Assembly (NCBI GenBank): GCA_039590175.1
Contig: JBDHFW010000006.1
Span: 23,403 to 87,402 of the forward strand
DNA from: Gemmatimonadota bacterium
GTDB lineage: Bacteria > Gemmatimonadota > Gemmatimonadetes > Palauibacterales > Palauibacteraceae
Reading direction: 5' to 3'
DNA: 64,000 nt
The notes under the pieces are model-generated. The model worked only from the letters and a program-made list of their open reading frames with translations, was not told where the DNA came from and ran no database searches. The number at the start of each line of letters is the position of its first letter. The stretch's first letter is position 1. The position numbers were made by a program, and so were the translations under genes. Below are positions 27,276 through 38,060 of this stretch, piece after piece.

Positions 27276-28442
27276 TCAGACCGCTCTCATCGCATCCGGG
27301 ATATGCTTGCGGGCTGCCGACCAGGCGGGCGGGAGCCCTCCGATCAGACCGGTGAGAACCGCCACCAGGACGCCGCCCAGGAGCGCCATCGGCGTCGTGC
27401 GCAAAGAAAACGTGATCTCGCTGAACGTGAGGAAGTTCGTGGTTCCCGTGCTGATCGTGTTGAGCGGGAGGGCAAGCAACACGCCGATGAGCCCCGCGAC
27501 CAGCCCGAGGAGCGCCGCTTCGAGAAGGAAAGCGCCCATGATGCTCCGCCTCTTGAAGCCGAACACCCTGAGCGCCGCAATCTCCCGGGTGCGGGCCGAC
27601 ACCGCCGCGTACATCGTGTTCGCCGCCGCGAAACACGCCCCGATCGCCATGATCACGGCCAGCATGTTGGCGAGAAGGACGAACTGCCGCGTCGTTGCGG
27701 CGGTCTGCTGGGCATAGTACTCGGCCTCCGTGAGCGCCCGCAGCCTGAGCCGCTGGTCGTCCTCGATGCGTTGGACGAGCGCCGCTGCCTCGGCCTCCGA
27801 GCCGGCCCTGAGAAGGGCGGAGGAATAGTAGCCGGTTCGCCGGAAGGCGGAGCTCAGATCCTCGGCCGCGCCCCACACTTCCGAGTCGAAACTGGAGCCG
27901 GCGGCGTCGAAGATCCCGACGACCCTAAACCTGAGCTGGCCGAGCGTCAGCTCCGAGCCGAGGCCGAGCGTGGGGAACCGTTCCGAGAGGCGGCGGCCCA
28001 CGATGAGCTCGGCCGTCCCCGGCTCGAAGCGACGCCCATCCACGATCCGCAGCGCGGGCCGGAGCTGAAACGATTCGGAGCTCACGCCCCGGAACGTGAC
28101 GTTGCTCATCGACCCATCCCTTCGGGGCAGATTGTTGAGGATCATCACCTCCCCGGCGGCCAGCACGGACCCATCCGCATTCTTCGCGATCCCGGGCAGC
28201 GCCATCACCTCCCGGCCCCGCTCGAGCGAGAAGAAGCTGCTCGTTTCGCTCAGCGCGCCCTCCCGGAGCACGACCACGTGAGCGGGATCCCCGGAGGTGC
28301 GGAACGCGGACCTGAGGCCGCCCGCGAGCGACAGGACCCCCAGATAGACCAGGACGACGAAAGCGATCGATGCCACCGTCATCATTACCGTGCCCCGCCG
28401 GACCAACAGACTGCGGGCGCTGTACTTGAGAGGGAGCTTCAT
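27276..28442 (-). CDS. ABC transporter permease, FtsX/MacB-type
   Basis: N-terminal TM, a large periplasmic domain, and a C-terminal FtsX domain ...REIAALRVFGFKRRSIMGAFLLEAALLGLVAGLIG.... Confidence 0.8.
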   Translation of the reverse strand: MKLPLKYSARSLLVRRGTVMMTVASIAFVVLVYLGVLSLAGGLRSAFRTSGDPAHVVVLREGALSETSSFFSLERGREVMALPGIAKNADGSVLAAGEVMILNNLPRRDGSMSNVTFRGVSSESFQLRPALRIVDGRRFEPGTAELIVGRRLSERFPTLGLGSELTLGQLRFRVVGIFDAAGSSFDSEVWGAAEDLSSAFRRTGYYSSALLRAGSEAEAAALVQRIEDDQRLRLRALTEAEYYAQQTAATTRQFVLLANMLAVIMAIGACFAAANTMYAAVSARTREIAALRVFGFKRRSIMGAFLLEAALLGLVAGLIGVLLALPLNTISTGTTNFLTFSEITFSLRTTPMALLGGVLVAVLTGLIGGLPPAWSAARKHIPDAMRAV

Positions 28443-28449
28443 CGAACCC

Positions 28450-29588
28450 TCACGCCACCTTCCTGAGGCCCTCGACCACCGATCGGCGCGCCATGGCCTG
28501 GCCGGGAATGAAGCCCGACAGCGCACCCAGTCCCAGAGCGGCAGCCAGTCCCAGCAAAGCTACCCCCGGTCGGAGCGTCATCTGGGAGAACAGGGGAAAC
28601 ATGGTCGACAGCGCCTGAGCCGCTGCCCGAACCAGCGCCGCGGCCAGCAGCACGCCGACGCTGCCGCCGATGAAGCCGATCGCGGCGGACTCGGCCGTCA
28701 CGGCCCCAAGGATTCGCCGATGCCCGAAGCCGAGCGTCTTGAGCACCGAGACCTCGGTGTTCCGCTCGCGAACTGCCATCGCCATGGTGTTCGCGGTGAT
28801 GAAGAAGACGGACACGATGACGGCGAAGCCCCAAAGAGGAACTCGACGTTCCCCAGCATCTCCGTGAACGAGGCCGCGAAGGCCTGTTCGGTCTCGGCTT
28901 TCACCCGTGCGTCCGAGTTCTCGAACATCGCCTCGGCGGCCTCGATGACGACGGGCACGCTCTCCAGCCGGTCCAAGCGAAGCCAGTAGGTGCCGACCAT
29001 TCCGGGGTTGGCCAGTGCTTCCTCCACGTAGTCTCGGTGGAAGAAGATCTGGTTCTCCTGAGCCTGGTCGTCCGGGTACGTGAAGGTGCCGCGAAGCACG
29101 AGGTTCAGGTCGACGGGATAGATCTCTCCCTTGAGGAAGATCTCGTCGCCGATGCGCCAGCCGTGCTTCTCGGCCAGGGCGCGGCCGGCGATGAAGGACC
29201 GACGCTCCATCACCCAGGCCTCGCCCGAGGCCTCGTCGATCTCGATGCCCTGGAACACCTCCAGCAGGGTCTTCGGGTCGGTGGCGAACTGAGAAAAGAA
29301 GTTCTCGGGCCGCGTGTCCTTGTAGATGCCACCGAACCAGCTGAGCGGAGACACGGCCTCCACGTGGTCGAGCGTCTCCAGTCGCCGCCAGTAGGCCTCG
29401 GGCAGCTCGAACTGCAGCGAGACCGCGTGCCGAACACGCTTCTCGGACGTCTCCGTCTCCGTGGGATTGAAAGTCTGCAGCAGCGCTCCCAGGACACAGA
29501 GGAGGAAGACGCCCATCGCCAGGCTCGCTACGGTCAATAGGGTTCGGCGCTTGTTCCGCAGCAGGTTGCGCCAGACGAGCTTCCTCAT
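28450..29588 (-). CDS. Second ABC transporter permease (FtsX/MacB-type), with an apparent 1-bp frameshift near 28845
   Basis: N-terminal frame: [30 protein letters not shown]...FTEMLGNVEFL. C-terminal frame: LWGFAVIVSVFFITANTMAMAVRERNTEVSVLKTLGFGHRRILGAVTAESAAIGFIGG...IPGQAMARRSVVEGLRKVA. The junction is at ttcctctttgggg. Confidence 0.6.
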
Positions 29589-30307
29589 CCCTCACCCCCC
29601 GCCTCAAAGCTCGCGGCGACCTCCTCCGGATCGCTCCACAGCTTGCCCTTGTCGAGGTGAAGGAAGCGGTGCGCGTGCCTCGCGGCGCGTGGATCGTGGG
29701 TCACCATGATGATCGTCTTGCCGAACTCGTCGTTGAGCCTCTCCATGAGCCGCAGGACCCCCTCCGCGCTCTCGGCGTCGAGGTCTCCTGTCGGCTCGTC
29801 GGCCAAGAGCACGGTCGGATCCGTGACGATGGCCCGAGCGATCGCCACGCGCTGCTCCTGGCCTCCGGAGAGCTCGCGCGGATAGTGGTCCTTCCGATCC
29901 GTCAGGGAGACGACTTCCAGGGCGGTCTCCACCTTGGCGCGCCGATCGGCGGAGCTCAGTCGGCTCAGCGTGAGCGGAAGCTCCACGTTCTCGTAGGCGG
30001 TGAGGACGGGGATGAGGTTGTAGAGCTGGAAGATGTAACCGATGTGACGATGCCTCCACGGCGCGAGCGCGCTCTCGCTGAGCTGGGAGGTGTCCTGGCC
30101 GGCCACGATCACCCGTCCGGAGGTCGGCCGGTCCACCGCGGCAATCAGGTTGAGCAGAGTGGTCTTCCCGGAACCCGACGGCCCCATGAGGGCCACGAAA
30201 TCGCCTCCGGCCACCTCCAGATTCATCTCCGAGAGCACCTCGACACGCAGCCGATCGCCCCCATAGACCTTGCTCACATTCTCAATCCGGACGACCGGAT
30301 CGCTCAT
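29585..30307 (-). CDS. ABC transporter ATP-binding protein (MacB/LolD-like)
   Basis: GPSGSGKTT is Walker [15 protein letters not shown] is the ABC signature. [12 protein letters not shown] is Walker B. H-loop VTHD. Confidence 0.85.
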   Translation of the reverse strand: MSDPVVRIENVSKVYGGDRLRVEVLSEMNLEVAGGDFVALMGPSGSGKTTLLNLIAAVDRPTSGRVIVAGQDTSQLSESALAPWRHRHIGYIFQLYNLIPVLTAYENVELPLTLSRLSSADRRAKVETALEVVSLTDRKDHYPRELSGGQEQRVAIARAIVTDPTVLLADEPTGDLDAESAEGVLRLMERLNDEFGKTIIMVTHDPRAARHAHRFLHLDKGKLWSDPEEVAASFEAGGEG

Positions 30308-30383
30308 TCGCCCCCCTTCATGCGAAGCCTGACGCTCTGCGACGCGCCAGGATCTCGCCTCTTGGCGATCCGCTCCAAGGCCG

Positions 30384-31592
30384 CTACCGAACCCGGACTC
30401 TGCGACCATCCTCCAGCTCGGTGGCACCGCTCACGGCGACGCGCTCCCCGCCGTTCAATCCGGAGCGGATCTCCACGTCATCGCCCACCTCTCCTCCGAG
30501 CTCGACGGCGGTGCGCCGAACGCGGTCATCTACGACGAGGAATACGTAGGGACCGTCGGCATCCTCCAGGACCGAAGCCTTCGGTGCGACCACCATCGCC
30601 TGGCGAGCCACCTCGTCCCCTGCCTCGCCCTCCTCCTCGAGAAAGGTGACGTTGCAGCTCATGTCCGGCAGGAGGCGATCGTCCCTGTCGTCGATCGTCA
30701 CCTTCACCTCGACCACCGCTCGCTGCCGATCCGCGGTCGGTACGATCTGACGAAGACGCCCATGGTACTCTTGGCCGGGAACCGCGTCGACCTTGATGAC
30801 GGCCGGCTGCCCGAGCGAGAGGCGCGAGATGAAACTCTCGTTGATGTCCGCCTCCACCTCCAGGGATTCGGGGTTGGCGATCCGGACGATGGCGCCGGTG
30901 GCCTGCTGCGTGGTGAAGCCGCCGGGCGCCACCATCTCGCCCACCTCGATCCGCCGCTCGATGATCACGCCGGGTATCGGCGCCGTGATGACCGCGTACT
31001 GCAGCCTCGCCCGGGCGTTGGCGAGGCTCGCCTCGGCCACGGCGACCTGAGCCTCGGACACTTCGAGCCGGGTCGCCTCGGCGTCGTATTCGGCTTGCGC
31101 GATCGCGTTCTCGGCGAGGAGTCTTGCGAAGCGCGCCTCCTGCCGCTGGGCGTCCGCCTGGTTGGCACGCGCCTCCAGCAGCGCCGCGCGACGTTGCCTC
31201 AGCGCCGCTACGAGGTCATCGCTGTCGAGCACCGCGATCGTGTCGCCCCGCTCCACCCGGTCGCCTTCGTCGACCAGCAGGCGCTCTACCCGGCCGATGA
31301 TCTTGGCGCCCACCGAGGCTCGCTCGCGGGCATACGTGTAGCCGGTGGCCGTCAGAACGAGGGAGGCCTCGCCGGGAGTCAGGATGCGCACCGTCGCGGC
31401 TTCGATCTCCGGGGCCATCCACGGCAGCCTCGGGACGACGACCACCGCGACGATCGCCGCGGCGGCCAGGAGCACGAGCCACACGAGAAGTCGGCGGGAG
31501 CGACCACCCCCGCCGGGCTTCTTCGCCGCTTCTTCGCGGCTCATGCGCAGCACCGAAAGATCGGGCTCTGATCCGCCGGGTTTGTCGGTCAC
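30384..31592 (-). CDS. Efflux transporter periplasmic adaptor subunit (HlyD/MFP family)
   Basis: N-terminal TM, a coiled-coil region rich in A/Q/R, a beta-barrel and a MP domain. Lies upstream of the ABC ATPase and permeases. Confidence 0.8.
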   Translation of the reverse strand: MTDKPGGSEPDLSVLRMSREEAAKKPGGGGRSRRLLVWLVLLAAAAIVAVVVVPRLPWMAPEIEAATVRILTPGEASLVLTATGYTYARERASVGAKIIGRVERLLVDEGDRVERGDTIAVLDSDDLVAALRQRRAALLEARANQADAQRQEARFARLLAENAIAQAEYDAEATRLEVSEAQVAVAEASLANARARLQYAVITAPIPGVIIERRIEVGEMVAPGGFTTQQATGAIVRIANPESLEVEADINESFISRLSLGQPAVIKVDAVPGQEYHGRLRQIVPTADRQRAVVEVKVTIDDRDDRLLPDMSCNVTFLEEEGEAGDEVARQAMVVAPKASVLEDADGPYVFLVVDDRVRRTAVELGGEVGDDVEIRSGLNGGERVAVSGATELEDGRRVRVR

Positions 31593-31765
31593 TTCCGTCA
31601 GCCTCGCCTGCCTTTCTCGTCACCAAGGTTGGGAAGAAGGCCTCCCTCCACCAGTCGCGACCGCAGCCCGCCACCTACCTCACGATGGTGGGTCGCTCGG
31701 GCATAGCGTCAGCCGGGGCATGGGGCTTATCCTGAACCGGAGACGACCCTCAAAGGAGCCGCCCC

Positions 31766-32641
31766 ATGATTCCGGCTGCATTCGACTATCATCATCCTTC
31801 CGACATCGACGAAGTGCTCGCCCTGCTCGACGAGCACGGGTGGGAGGCCAAGGTCCTGGCGGGCGGGCAGAGCCTGATTCCTGCCATGCGGTTTCGCCTC
31901 GCGGAACCCGGCACGGTCGTCGACGTGAACGGACTGGAGGAGCTCGAGCGCTTCGAGGAGTCCGATGGCTTCCTCCACATCGGCCCGATGGTCCGGCATG
32001 CGACCATCGCCGGATCCGACCTCGTCCGCGACCGGTATCCGCTCCTGGCCGATGCGGCGGACGTGATCGCCGACCCGCTGGTGCGCAACCGCGGCACCGT
32101 CGGCGGATCGCTCGTTCACGCCGATCCCGCGGGTGACTGGGGCGCCGTGATGCTGGCCTGCCGGGCCGAGCTCACGGTCCGGCGAGCAGGTGGCGAGCGC
32201 GTTCTGTCGATCGACGAGCTCTTCCTCACCACTTTCGTGACCTCGCTCGAGCCGAACGAACTCGTGACCGGGATCCGCATCCCGGCTGCGAGCGGCGGGC
32301 AGGGGGGCGCGTACGAGAAGCTCGAACGGAAGGTAGGCGATTTCGCCACGGTGGGCGTGGCAACCCAGATCACCCTGGCGGAGGACGGGGTTGTGAGCGC
32401 GGCGGGGATCGGGCTCACGGCCGTGGGCGCGACCAGCCTGCGGGCCGCGGGCGCGGAAGGCGAGCTCCTGGCTTCCGCCGCCGATGCCGCGGCCATCGAG
32501 GCGGCGGCCGTGAAGGCGGCGGAGGCATCCAGCCCCACGGCAGATACGAGGGGTTCCGAAGAGTACAAGCGCGACATGGTGAGGGTGCTGACCGGACGGG
32601 CGCTGCGCCGCTCGGTCGATCGGGCTCACGCCGCTTCCTGA
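31766..32641 (+). CDS. coxM: Aerobic CO dehydrogenase FAD-binding medium subunit
   Basis: MIPAAFDYHHPSDIDEVLALLDEHGWEAKVLAGGQSLIPAMRFRLAEPGTVVDVNGLEEL...EEYKRDMVRVLTGRAL. RBS aaaggag lies upstream. Confidence 0.85.
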   Translation: MIPAAFDYHHPSDIDEVLALLDEHGWEAKVLAGGQSLIPAMRFRLAEPGTVVDVNGLEELERFEESDGFLHIGPMVRHATIAGSDLVRDRYPLLADAADVIADPLVRNRGTVGGSLVHADPAGDWGAVMLACRAELTVRRAGGERVLSIDELFLTTFVTSLEPNELVTGIRIPAASGGQGGAYEKLERKVGDFATVGVATQITLAEDGVVSAAGIGLTAVGATSLRAAGAEGELLASAADAAAIEAAAVKAAEASSPTADTRGSEEYKRDMVRVLTGRALRRSVDRAHAAS

Positions 32642-32655
32642 CCGGCTAAAAGGAG

Positions 32656-33201
32656 ATGACAATGGCCACGACGATCTCCGTATCGGTCACGGTCAATGGT
32701 GCCGAGCACACGGCCGACGTCGAGCCCCGAATGCTGCTCGTGCACTTCCTGCGCGACGAGCTGGGGCTGACAGGGACCCACATCGGCTGCGATACGACGC
32801 ATTGCGGCGCGTGCACGATCCTGTTGAACGGGACCCCGATCAAGTCCTGCACGATGTTCGCTGTGCAGACCGCCGGACAGGCCCTTACGACCGTCGAAGG
32901 GCTCATGAGCAACGGCGGACTGAGCCCGATCCAGGCAGCGTTCAAGGAGGAGCACGGACTTCAGTGCGGCTACTGTACGCCGGGCATGATACTGACCGGG
33001 GCGGCACTTCTGGAGGCCAGCCCGGAGCCCACCGAAACGGAGATCCGCATGGCGATCTCCGGCAACCTCTGCAGGTGCACCGGCTATCAGAACATCGTGC
33101 ACGCGATCCAGAGCGCCGCACGAGCCATGGCTGGGAACGGCCTGAGCGCGGGCGACGATGCCGGAAGCGGGAACGGCACGTCCGAAGGAGGTGAGGAATG
33201 A
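32656..33201 (+). CDS. coxS: Aerobic CO dehydrogenase (2Fe-2S) small subunit
   Basis: [50 protein letters not shown]. Confidence 0.9.
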   Translation: MTMATTISVSVTVNGAEHTADVEPRMLLVHFLRDELGLTGTHIGCDTTHCGACTILLNGTPIKSCTMFAVQTAGQALTTVEGLMSNGGLSPIQAAFKEEHGLQCGYCTPGMILTGAALLEASPEPTETEIRMAISGNLCRCTGYQNIVHAIQSAARAMAGNGLSAGDDAGSGNGTSEGGEE

Positions 33202-35546
33202 GCACCCCACAGGATCTCGGGGGTCTGGGCTGCTCGGTGAAGCGTAAGGAGGACGCACGCTTCATCCGTGGACAGGGCCGTTACGTCGACGACGTCAAGC
33301 TTCCGAACATGGTCTATCTGGAGCTCGTCAGATCGCCCTTCGCTCACGCGCGAATCGGGAGCATCGACACCTCCGGCGCGCTCGAGATCCCGGGCGTCCT
33401 GGCGGTGATCACGGGCGAGGATTTGGCGGGGGCCAACCTCTCGTGGATGCCCACCCTGTCACACGATCAGCAGATGGTGCTCGCCACGGGGAAGGTGCTC
33501 TTTCAGGGACAGGAGGTGGCGGCGGTCGTCGGCGAGACGCGCTTCGCGGCTGCGGACGGCGCGGCGGCCGTCCGGATCGACTACGAGGAGCTTCCCGTTC
33601 TCGTGGACCCCCACGTGGCGTTGGACGCCGACGCCCCGGTTCTCCGTGAGGACCGCGAGGAGAAGACGAACCACATCTTCCACTGGGAGTCCGGTGACCG
33701 GGAGTCGACGGACCGGATCTTCGAGGAGGCCGACGTCACGATCGAGCAGGACATGCTTTACCAGCGCTGCCACCCGGCGCCGATCGAATGTTGTGCCTGC
33801 GTGGCCGATTGGGACGCGACCAACGAGAAGATGACCATCTGGATGACCTCTCAGGCGCCCCATGCGCACCGGACCGTGTTCGCGCTCGTGGCGGGCCTGC
33901 CGGAGCACAAGATCCGCATCATCTCTCCGGACGTGGGCGGAGGCTTCGGCAACAAGGTGCCCGTGTATCCCGGGTACGTCTGTTCGGCCGTCGCGTCGCT
34001 CACGCTCGGGCGGCCGGTCAAGTGGACGGAGGACCGAACCGGCAACCTCTCGAGCACCGGTTTCGCGCGCGACTACCACATGCGGGCGGAACTCGCCGCC
34101 ACCAAGGAGGGGAAGATCCGGGGGCTGCGCGTGAAGACGCTGGCCGATCACGGAGCCTTCAACGCCGCTGCCCAGCCCTCGAAGTTCCCGGCCGGCCTCT
34201 ACAACATCTGCACCGGCTCGTACGACCTGGAGAACGCGTTCGTAGAAGTGGACGGCGTGTACACGAACAAGGCGCCGGGCGGGATCGCCTACCGCTGCTC
34301 CTTCAGGGTCACGGAGGCCGCCTACCTGATCGAGCGCGCCGTAGACGTGCTGGCCGACGAAATCGGGATGGATGCGGTGGAGCTGCGGCGGAAGAACTTC
34401 ATCCAGCCCGATCAGTTTCCGTACGAGACGTCGCTCGGCTGGAGCTACGACAGCGGCGACTACGAAGCGGCTCTGGACAAAGCCCTCGAGATGGTCGGAT
34501 ACGAGGAGCTACTGCGGGAGCAGGAGGAGAAGCGCACCCGAGGCGAGATCATGGGGATCGGGATCTCCAGCTTCACCGAGATCGTCGGCGCCGGACCCGG
34601 GAAGACCTTCGATATCCTCGGGCTCGAGATGTTCGACTCCTGCGAGGTCAGGATACACCCGACCGGCAAGGTGCTGGCGCGGATCGGCGCGCAGACGCAG
34701 GGACAGGGGCACGAGACCACCTTCGCGCAGATCCTGGCCGAGGAGCTCGGAATCCCGGTGGATGACATCACCGTCGAGCACGGGGACACCGATACGGCTC
34801 CCTACGGGCTCGGCACGTACGCCAGCCGGTCCACGCCGGTCGCGGGCGCGGCGACGGCGATCGCGGCGAGGAAGATCCGGGAGAAGGCGAGGAAGATCGC
34901 CGCCCACGTGATGGAGGTCGCCGAGGAGGACGTGGAGTGGAAGGAGTACGAGTTCCGGGTGAAGGGTGCGCCCGATCGCTCGATATCGATGGGAGACATC
35001 GCCTTTGCAGCATACACGAACACCCCAGAAGGCGTCGAAGCCGGCCTCGAGGCCGTCAACTACTACGATCCCCCGAACTTGACCTTCCCGTTCGGGACGT
35101 ACATCTGCGTCGTGGACATCGACAAGGGCACGGGCGAGTGGAAGGTCCGACGCTTCGTCGCCGTGGACGACTGCGGCACTGTGATCAACCCGATGATCGT
35201 GGATGGGCAGATTCACGGCGGCCTGACGGAGGGGTTCGCCATCTCCGCCATGCAGCTGATCGACTTCGACGAGAACGGGAGCATCATCGGAAGCAACTTC
35301 ATGGAGTACCTGCTTCCAACGGCCGTCGAGACGCCGAGATGGGAGACGGACCGGACGGTCACTCCCTCGCCGCACCACCCGATCGGTGCGAAGGGCGTGG
35401 GCGAGTCGCCGTGCGTGGGCTCGCCGGCGGCGTTCGTGAACGCGGTGGTGGATGCCCTTTCCCCGTACGGCGTCCGACACATAGACATGCCCATAACCTC
35501 GGACAAGGTGTGGAAGGCGCTTCGCGACGCGGGCATCACGGAGTAG
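33198..35546 (+). CDS. coxL: Form I aerobic CO dehydrogenase molybdopterin large subunit
   Basis: 782 aa. The active-site loop [10 protein letters not shown] (nt about 34284-34307) is the form I CoxL AYRCSFR signature. Also GGGFGNK and [24 protein letters not shown]. Confidence 0.9.
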   Translation: MSTPQDLGGLGCSVKRKEDARFIRGQGRYVDDVKLPNMVYLELVRSPFAHARIGSIDTSGALEIPGVLAVITGEDLAGANLSWMPTLSHDQQMVLATGKVLFQGQEVAAVVGETRFAAADGAAAVRIDYEELPVLVDPHVALDADAPVLREDREEKTNHIFHWESGDRESTDRIFEEADVTIEQDMLYQRCHPAPIECCACVADWDATNEKMTIWMTSQAPHAHRTVFALVAGLPEHKIRIISPDVGGGFGNKVPVYPGYVCSAVASLTLGRPVKWTEDRTGNLSSTGFARDYHMRAELAATKEGKIRGLRVKTLADHGAFNAAAQPSKFPAGLYNICTGSYDLENAFVEVDGVYTNKAPGGIAYRCSFRVTEAAYLIERAVDVLADEIGMDAVELRRKNFIQPDQFPYETSLGWSYDSGDYEAALDKALEMVGYEELLREQEEKRTRGEIMGIGISSFTEIVGAGPGKTFDILGLEMFDSCEVRIHPTGKVLARIGAQTQGQGHETTFAQILAEELGIPVDDITVEHGDTDTAPYGLGTYASRSTPVAGAATAIAARKIREKARKIAAHVMEVAEEDVEWKEYEFRVKGAPDRSISMGDIAFAAYTNTPEGVEAGLEAVNYYDPPNLTFPFGTYICVVDIDKGTGEWKVRRFVAVDDCGTVINPMIVDGQIHGGLTEGFAISAMQLIDFDENGSIIGSNFMEYLLPTAVETPRWETDRTVTPSPHHPIGAKGVGESPCVGSPAAFVNAVVDALSPYGVRHIDMPITSDKVWKALRDAGITE

Positions 35547-35607
35547 GTCCCTCGCGGCCGGACCCGGACGACGAGTCGGGGCTCCGCGGCCCGGAGGCAG
35601 GCGCGGC

Positions 35608-36489
35608 GTGACGGACGAGTTGGCTTACCGGCGGGCCGCCGAGCTCTCGCAGCGGGGGCGAGCCTATGCGATCGCCACCGTCGTAGCGCGCCGGGCGCCC
35701 AGCTCTTCCAGAGTCGGCCAAAAGGCCATCGTAGAGAGCGACGGTGGCTTCTACGGCTGGCTGGGCGGAAGCTGCATCGAACCCGTGGTCCGCAAGGAGG
35801 CACGGGAGGCGCTGCGCGACGGCCGCCCGCGCCTCATCGTTGTTGCGCCCGACGCGCGATCGGATCGGCCGGATGCCATCGTTTACCCAATGACCTGCCA
35901 TAGCGGGGGTACCGTGGAGATATACCTGGAACCGCAGCTACCGGCCTCACTCCTGCTCCTGTACGGCGATTCTCCCGTCAGCCACGCGCTGGCCGCGATG
36001 GGCGAGCAGGCCGGCTACCGCGTTCGGCTTCTGGACGAGCCCGACTCGAGGGAGAGGCTCGAAGCCGACATGGGCGACGAGGCGAGGCTGTACGCGGTGG
36101 TCGCGACGCTCGGCGAGTGGGACATGGAAGCCGTCGAGGACGCGCTGCGAGCCGGCAGCCACTACGTGGGCCTGATCGCCAGCCCGCGCCGCTCGGACGA
36201 GATGCGACGCCTCCTGCACCGGGCCAAGCACGCGCGGAAACGAGACCACCGAATCGCGGCCGCGGCCGAGAGGAGCCTCTCAGCCGACAGGAGGATTTCG
36301 GACGGGAATGGCCCCGAAGGCTTAGGCGGCCGCCCGCCGACCGTGGCCCTGGATCCGATCTGCGGTATGGAGGTGCAGATCAACGGAGCGCGCCATAAGC
36401 TCGAACACAAGAACGCGACCTACTACTTCTGCTGCTCCGGCTGCAAGGAGAAGTTCGAGCGCGACCTGGCGCTGGCCGTCGACTCGTAG
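35608..36489 (+). CDS. XdhC/CoxI-family maturation protein with a C-terminal YHS (TRASH-like, copper-binding) domain
   Basis: N-terminus AYAIATVVARRAPSSSRVGQKAIVESDGGFYGWLGGSCIEPVV is XdhC_CoxI. LLLLYGDSPVSHALAAMGEQAGYRVRLLD...VGLIASPRR is the Rossmann-like XdhC_C. C-terminus DPICGMEVQINGARHKLEHKNATYYFCCSGCKEKFERD is the YHS motif. Confidence 0.7.
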   Translation: MTDELAYRRAAELSQRGRAYAIATVVARRAPSSSRVGQKAIVESDGGFYGWLGGSCIEPVVRKEAREALRDGRPRLIVVAPDARSDRPDAIVYPMTCHSGGTVEIYLEPQLPASLLLLYGDSPVSHALAAMGEQAGYRVRLLDEPDSRERLEADMGDEARLYAVVATLGEWDMEAVEDALRAGSHYVGLIASPRRSDEMRRLLHRAKHARKRDHRIAAAAERSLSADRRISDGNGPEGLGGRPPTVALDPICGMEVQINGARHKLEHKNATYYFCCSGCKEKFERDLALAVDS

Positions 36490-36505
36490 GCGCTGCCGGA
36501 CTCCG

Positions 36506-36985
36506 TCAGTCCGCGATCGGCTTCAGGTCGGTGGCGAGAAAGCCGAGCTCCTCATCGACCGCGTTCTCCACGAAGTCCGCGAAGAACTCCCTCGGGTAGC
36601 CCAGCGCCCCGTCGTACTCGACCATGACGGAAAATGGCTTCCTTGCCAGCGACGCTTCCACGTCCGCGAAGAGGCCCGGTATGGTCGGATACTCAGCCAG
36701 ATCGTAGGACTCCGGTGGTCCGCCGTCGGGGAAGCTCACCGCGACGACCGCTCCGGCCCGAACCTCGATGTGGACCGGCCGGACTCCCGGACCCCCGCAG
36801 AAGCAGTTGAGCCGAAAGTCGAACTCGTAGGCGTCGATAGCCGCCGCGTTCCACGTCTGCAGGTTCTCCTCGAAGGCGGCGCGCTCGGGAGCGAGGGGGT
36901 TCGAGCAACCCGGCGAAAGCGATGCGGCGAGCAGGATCGCGAGACGGGAGAGACCGCTAGCCTCGGCGACGCCGCGTGTTCTCAT
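36506..36985 (-). CDS. Hypothetical lipoprotein
   Basis: MRTRGVAEASGLSRLAILLAASLSPGCSNP gives a signal peptide with a lipobox. The mature part is globular: AIDAYEFDFRLNCFCGGPGVRPVHIEVRAGAVVAVSF.... Confidence 0.5.
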   Translation of the reverse strand: MRTRGVAEASGLSRLAILLAASLSPGCSNPLAPERAAFEENLQTWNAAAIDAYEFDFRLNCFCGGPGVRPVHIEVRAGAVVAVSFPDGGPPESYDLAEYPTIPGLFADVEASLARKPFSVMVEYDGALGYPREFFADFVENAVDEELGFLATDLKPIAD

Positions 36986-37163
36986 GCGTGCTTCCTCCCG
37001 TTGCCGAGCGGCGAGACACCGCGGGCTCCACCGGCACGACCGCCGGCACACTAGAAACGCTGGAACCGGCAAATCCCTGACGATCCGGGCGGTCAGGACG
37101 TGCGTCGTGGACCTCCGCGTGAGCAGGATGGTAGAGGGAACCATCTGAACCCGGAGGCCGAGC

Positions 37164-38060
37164 TTGAGGGACGAGATCCGCAGCATCGCCGAGGAGATGG
37201 AGTGTCGGGGGTACGTGGCCGACCGGGCCATCGCCACGGCCGTTCACCTGGGGCAAGCGCTCCGAAGACCCCTCCTGGTGGAGGGCGAGGCCGGCGTCGG
37301 TAAGACCGAGATCGCCAAGGTGCTGGCCGAGATCCTGGGGACGGAGCTCATCCGGCTGCAGTGCTACGAGGGGCTGGACGTGCACACGGCATTGTACGAG
37401 TGGAACTACCAGCGCCAGCTTCTGCGAATCCGGGTCGAAGAAAGTGGTGGCACGAGCCCTGAAGAGCTGGAGGCGACGATCTTCGGACGAGACTATCTCC
37501 TGGAACGTCCCCTGCTGCGAGCGATCACACGACCCGTGCCGCCCGTACTTCTGATCGACGAGATCGACCGTGCCGATGAGGAGTTCGAGGCGTTTCTGCT
37601 CGAGCTGTTGTCGGACTTCCAGGTATCCATCCCCGAGCTCGGCACGATCGAAGCGATCACGCGGCCTCACGTCGTTCTCACCTCGAACAGCACCCGGGAG
37701 CTCAGCGATGCGCTGCGCCGCCGGTGTCTCTATCTCTGGATCGACCACCCATCGTTCGAGAAGGAGCTCCGGATCCTCCGCACCCGCCGCAGGCGCCTGC
37801 CGACGGACGTGGCGGAGGAGATCGTCCGCTTCGTCCAGCGGCTTCGCGACAGCCGGCTGTACAAGACGCCGGGGGTCGCAGAAACGCTGGACTGGGCGGA
37901 GGCACTCGACTCACTCGGGGTCCAGAGCCTGGATGAGGATGTAGTCCGAGCCACCCTGGGGTGCCTGCTGAAGGACCGGCATGACATCGCCGCCCTCGCT
38001 GCCAACGGGCTCGGGGAGATTCTGGAAGGCGCGCCCGCGGATTCGTCGGACCCTTCGTGA
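37164..38060 (+). CDS. coxD: MoxR-family AAA+ ATPase (CoxD)
   Basis: LLVEGEAGVGKTEIAKVLAEILG is Walker A. VLLIDEIDRADEE is Walker B. TSNSTRELSDALRRRC is sensor. TTG start. Confidence 0.85.
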   Translation: MRDEIRSIAEEMECRGYVADRAIATAVHLGQALRRPLLVEGEAGVGKTEIAKVLAEILGTELIRLQCYEGLDVHTALYEWNYQRQLLRIRVEESGGTSPEELEATIFGRDYLLERPLLRAITRPVPPVLLIDEIDRADEEFEAFLLELLSDFQVSIPELGTIEAITRPHVVLTSNSTRELSDALRRRCLYLWIDHPSFEKELRILRTRRRRLPTDVAEEIVRFVQRLRDSRLYKTPGVAETLDWAEALDSLGVQSLDEDVVRATLGCLLKDRHDIAALAANGLGEILEGAPADSSDPS

